Assembly (NCBI GenBank): GCA_030390025.1 | Contig: CM059431.1 | Location: 117,864,001-117,928,000 of the forward strand | DNA length: 64,000 nt | Source: Squalus acanthias | Lineage: Eukaryota | Reading direction: 5' to 3' | Shown: positions 62,352 through 64,000 of the stretch, piece by piece | Numbering within the stretch: the first letter of the stretch is position 1 | Layout: each line of letters opens with the position of its first letter | Program-made: the position numbers and the translations under genes | Notes under the pieces: model-generated | What the model was told of the DNA's origin: nothing | Database searches by the model: none | Seen by the model: only the letters and a program-made list of their open reading frames with translations

Positions 62352-64000
62352 GGGCCATTAATTTAATGGAGGAGGCGGGATGGTGGCGGGAGAGCTGGTT
62401 GCGGTCCCACTCCCAGCTGCAGCCGCTCTGTAGACGTGCTTTTCCCTTGATTGGCCTTGTTAAGCCCGCCCTGTGGGCTTCCCGGCCAATTAACAGGAAG
62501 CGGGTCTAATGACATCATTTGATGATGCATCTTCAGCCGGTTTCCTTAAAGGGACCACGTCGACATGGAGTTTGACAGATGTTCTGTCAGTGTTTGACAG
62601 CATTGACATGCTGCAAACACTGACAAGCACTGCACAAAGGTGAACACTTGCACCCAGGCTCTCCAATGACCCCCTCCATATGCTTATAGAGGGAGTCACA
62701 TCACGCAGGGAGGTTCTCTTCCCTTCCAAAGACGGAATAGACCTCCCCAGGACACCAACGCAGCCTGGTTGCACATTGCACAGGAGAGCAAAAGCAAGGA
62801 TGTCATCAGGGGTCCCTGGCTGCGGTGCCGCCAACCTTTCAATGATCTCAGTGGATCACAAAATATTACTGCAAAGCCACACTCAAACTCACCCTACTGT
62901 GCCACTCAACACATCCCCATCACTCTGCCTTCCATACCCTTCACCTGCACATCCTTACTCACACCAACTTACCTTGCACCTCCACCCATCTCTCTCTATC
63001 TACATTATCACTTCCCCATCTCACTAGCCACCCCTCACACTCACCCTCATCCTAGTGCAATCATACTAACTAACAACACACAAGGATAGGCACTTGAAAG
63101 GTTTAGCCAATATCCATGTGAAGTTTCTGGTAATGTGTTGTCATACAGTGAAATCTATATTTTCAACACTGCCCCTTATTGGACAGATCTGAGCGCACCT
63201 TGAGAAGTGTCTTACTGAGTTCCAGTGATTGTTCAGATATAACTTACCCCTCCCCCCCCGCCCCCCGCTACAGTGATATGTGTGCATGGAATGGCTTGGA
63301 CATTAAAGGGATGCTTCATGGTGTTGGTGTGGGATGGTGTCAACCTGGCGCATCATGTTGAGCCAGGGTTTACAGCGTCAATTGAAAAAAATCTGGTCAT
63401 GGTGACTCCGCCGCTGGCCTCCCGGCCAGCAATATTGTCAGGGGCTGATGTCCTGTGTCCTGTGCAGTATCAGGTGATGGCGGAGAAGGTTGGTGATGTT
63501 GTTGGTGATGTTAATGTGCCTGGTGATGTTGGTGTTGGGGCTGATCGTGGACGGATTCAGAGGACCAAGGTCTGATCGTTTCAATGGCTCCGATGTTGTT
63601 GCTGCAGGTCAGATGACAGCAGCGATCTGTCAATGGTGAGGGAGGTTCTCCCAATGAGGTGGCACTGGACATACAGTTGGATCTAAAAACTTGTAAGCTA
63701 AAGAAATCTCGATATGTATTACAAATGCAGTAACCAACATTTTTTGCACTCTGAAACTCACCATCTGCAACATGGCATTGTTTACACCACTTCTGCAGCT
63801 GTCAGCTTTTCACAAACATCAGAGCAGACTCAAAACACGCCAGGTTGAGCTGGCGTGTTCCCCGAACAGCAGGTAACCCGTGGGGGAGAGCGTAAAATTA
63901 GAAGTAAGCCTCAAAATAGTCTTAAATTGGCTCTTAACAAGCCATTTAACAAGCTGAATTGTATCCCCCGCCACTTGGTGTCGGGTCAGTTCTCCGCTGA
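62352..64000. mobile_element. Non-autonomous Harbinger (31576 family, reverse orientation), runs off the window
   Basis: Reverse-complement collinearity with 31700-33200. A Myb exon 1 remnant is on + at 62640-62870. Confidence 0.88.

Overview
This is eukaryotic, repeat-dominated DNA, most likely intronic or intergenic sequence from a cartilaginous fish (shark). That assignment is inferred from the repeat families: CR1 LINEs with octamer tails, a DeuSINE with its 33-bp satellite, and Penelope pLTR fragments. I recognise no host protein-coding gene, rRNA, tRNA or CRISPR array, and most ORFs in the track are TE-derived or spurious. PIF/Harbinger DNA transposons dominate. Four decayed two-gene elements (HARBI1-like DDE transposase plus a spliced Myb/SANT-like gene, arranged tail-to-tail) lie at about 4.5-9.6, 19.9-22.8, 22.8-27.0 and 49.9-53.4 kb, with more than a dozen non-autonomous derivatives or MITEs, several nested and with readable 3-bp TSDs. 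Also present are a young 5'-truncated CR1 (44513-48175; ORF2 broken by one stop codon; 11-bp TSD), older CR1/L2/RTE fragments, a solo LTR, SINEs, and two Penelope fragments carrying minimal hammerhead-ribozyme motifs. The most notable observations are: (1) an intact hammerhead core inserted sense into a Harbinger Myb gene; (2) a captured ~110-nt hairpin carried by one Harbinger lineage; (3) independent deletions that leave convergent Harbinger promoters facing each other; (4) MITEs with conserved multi-hairpin arrays; and (5) several templated inverted or direct duplications at rearrangement junctions. I cannot support a claim of a new protein-based system. Coordinates were read by hand and may be off by a few bases.
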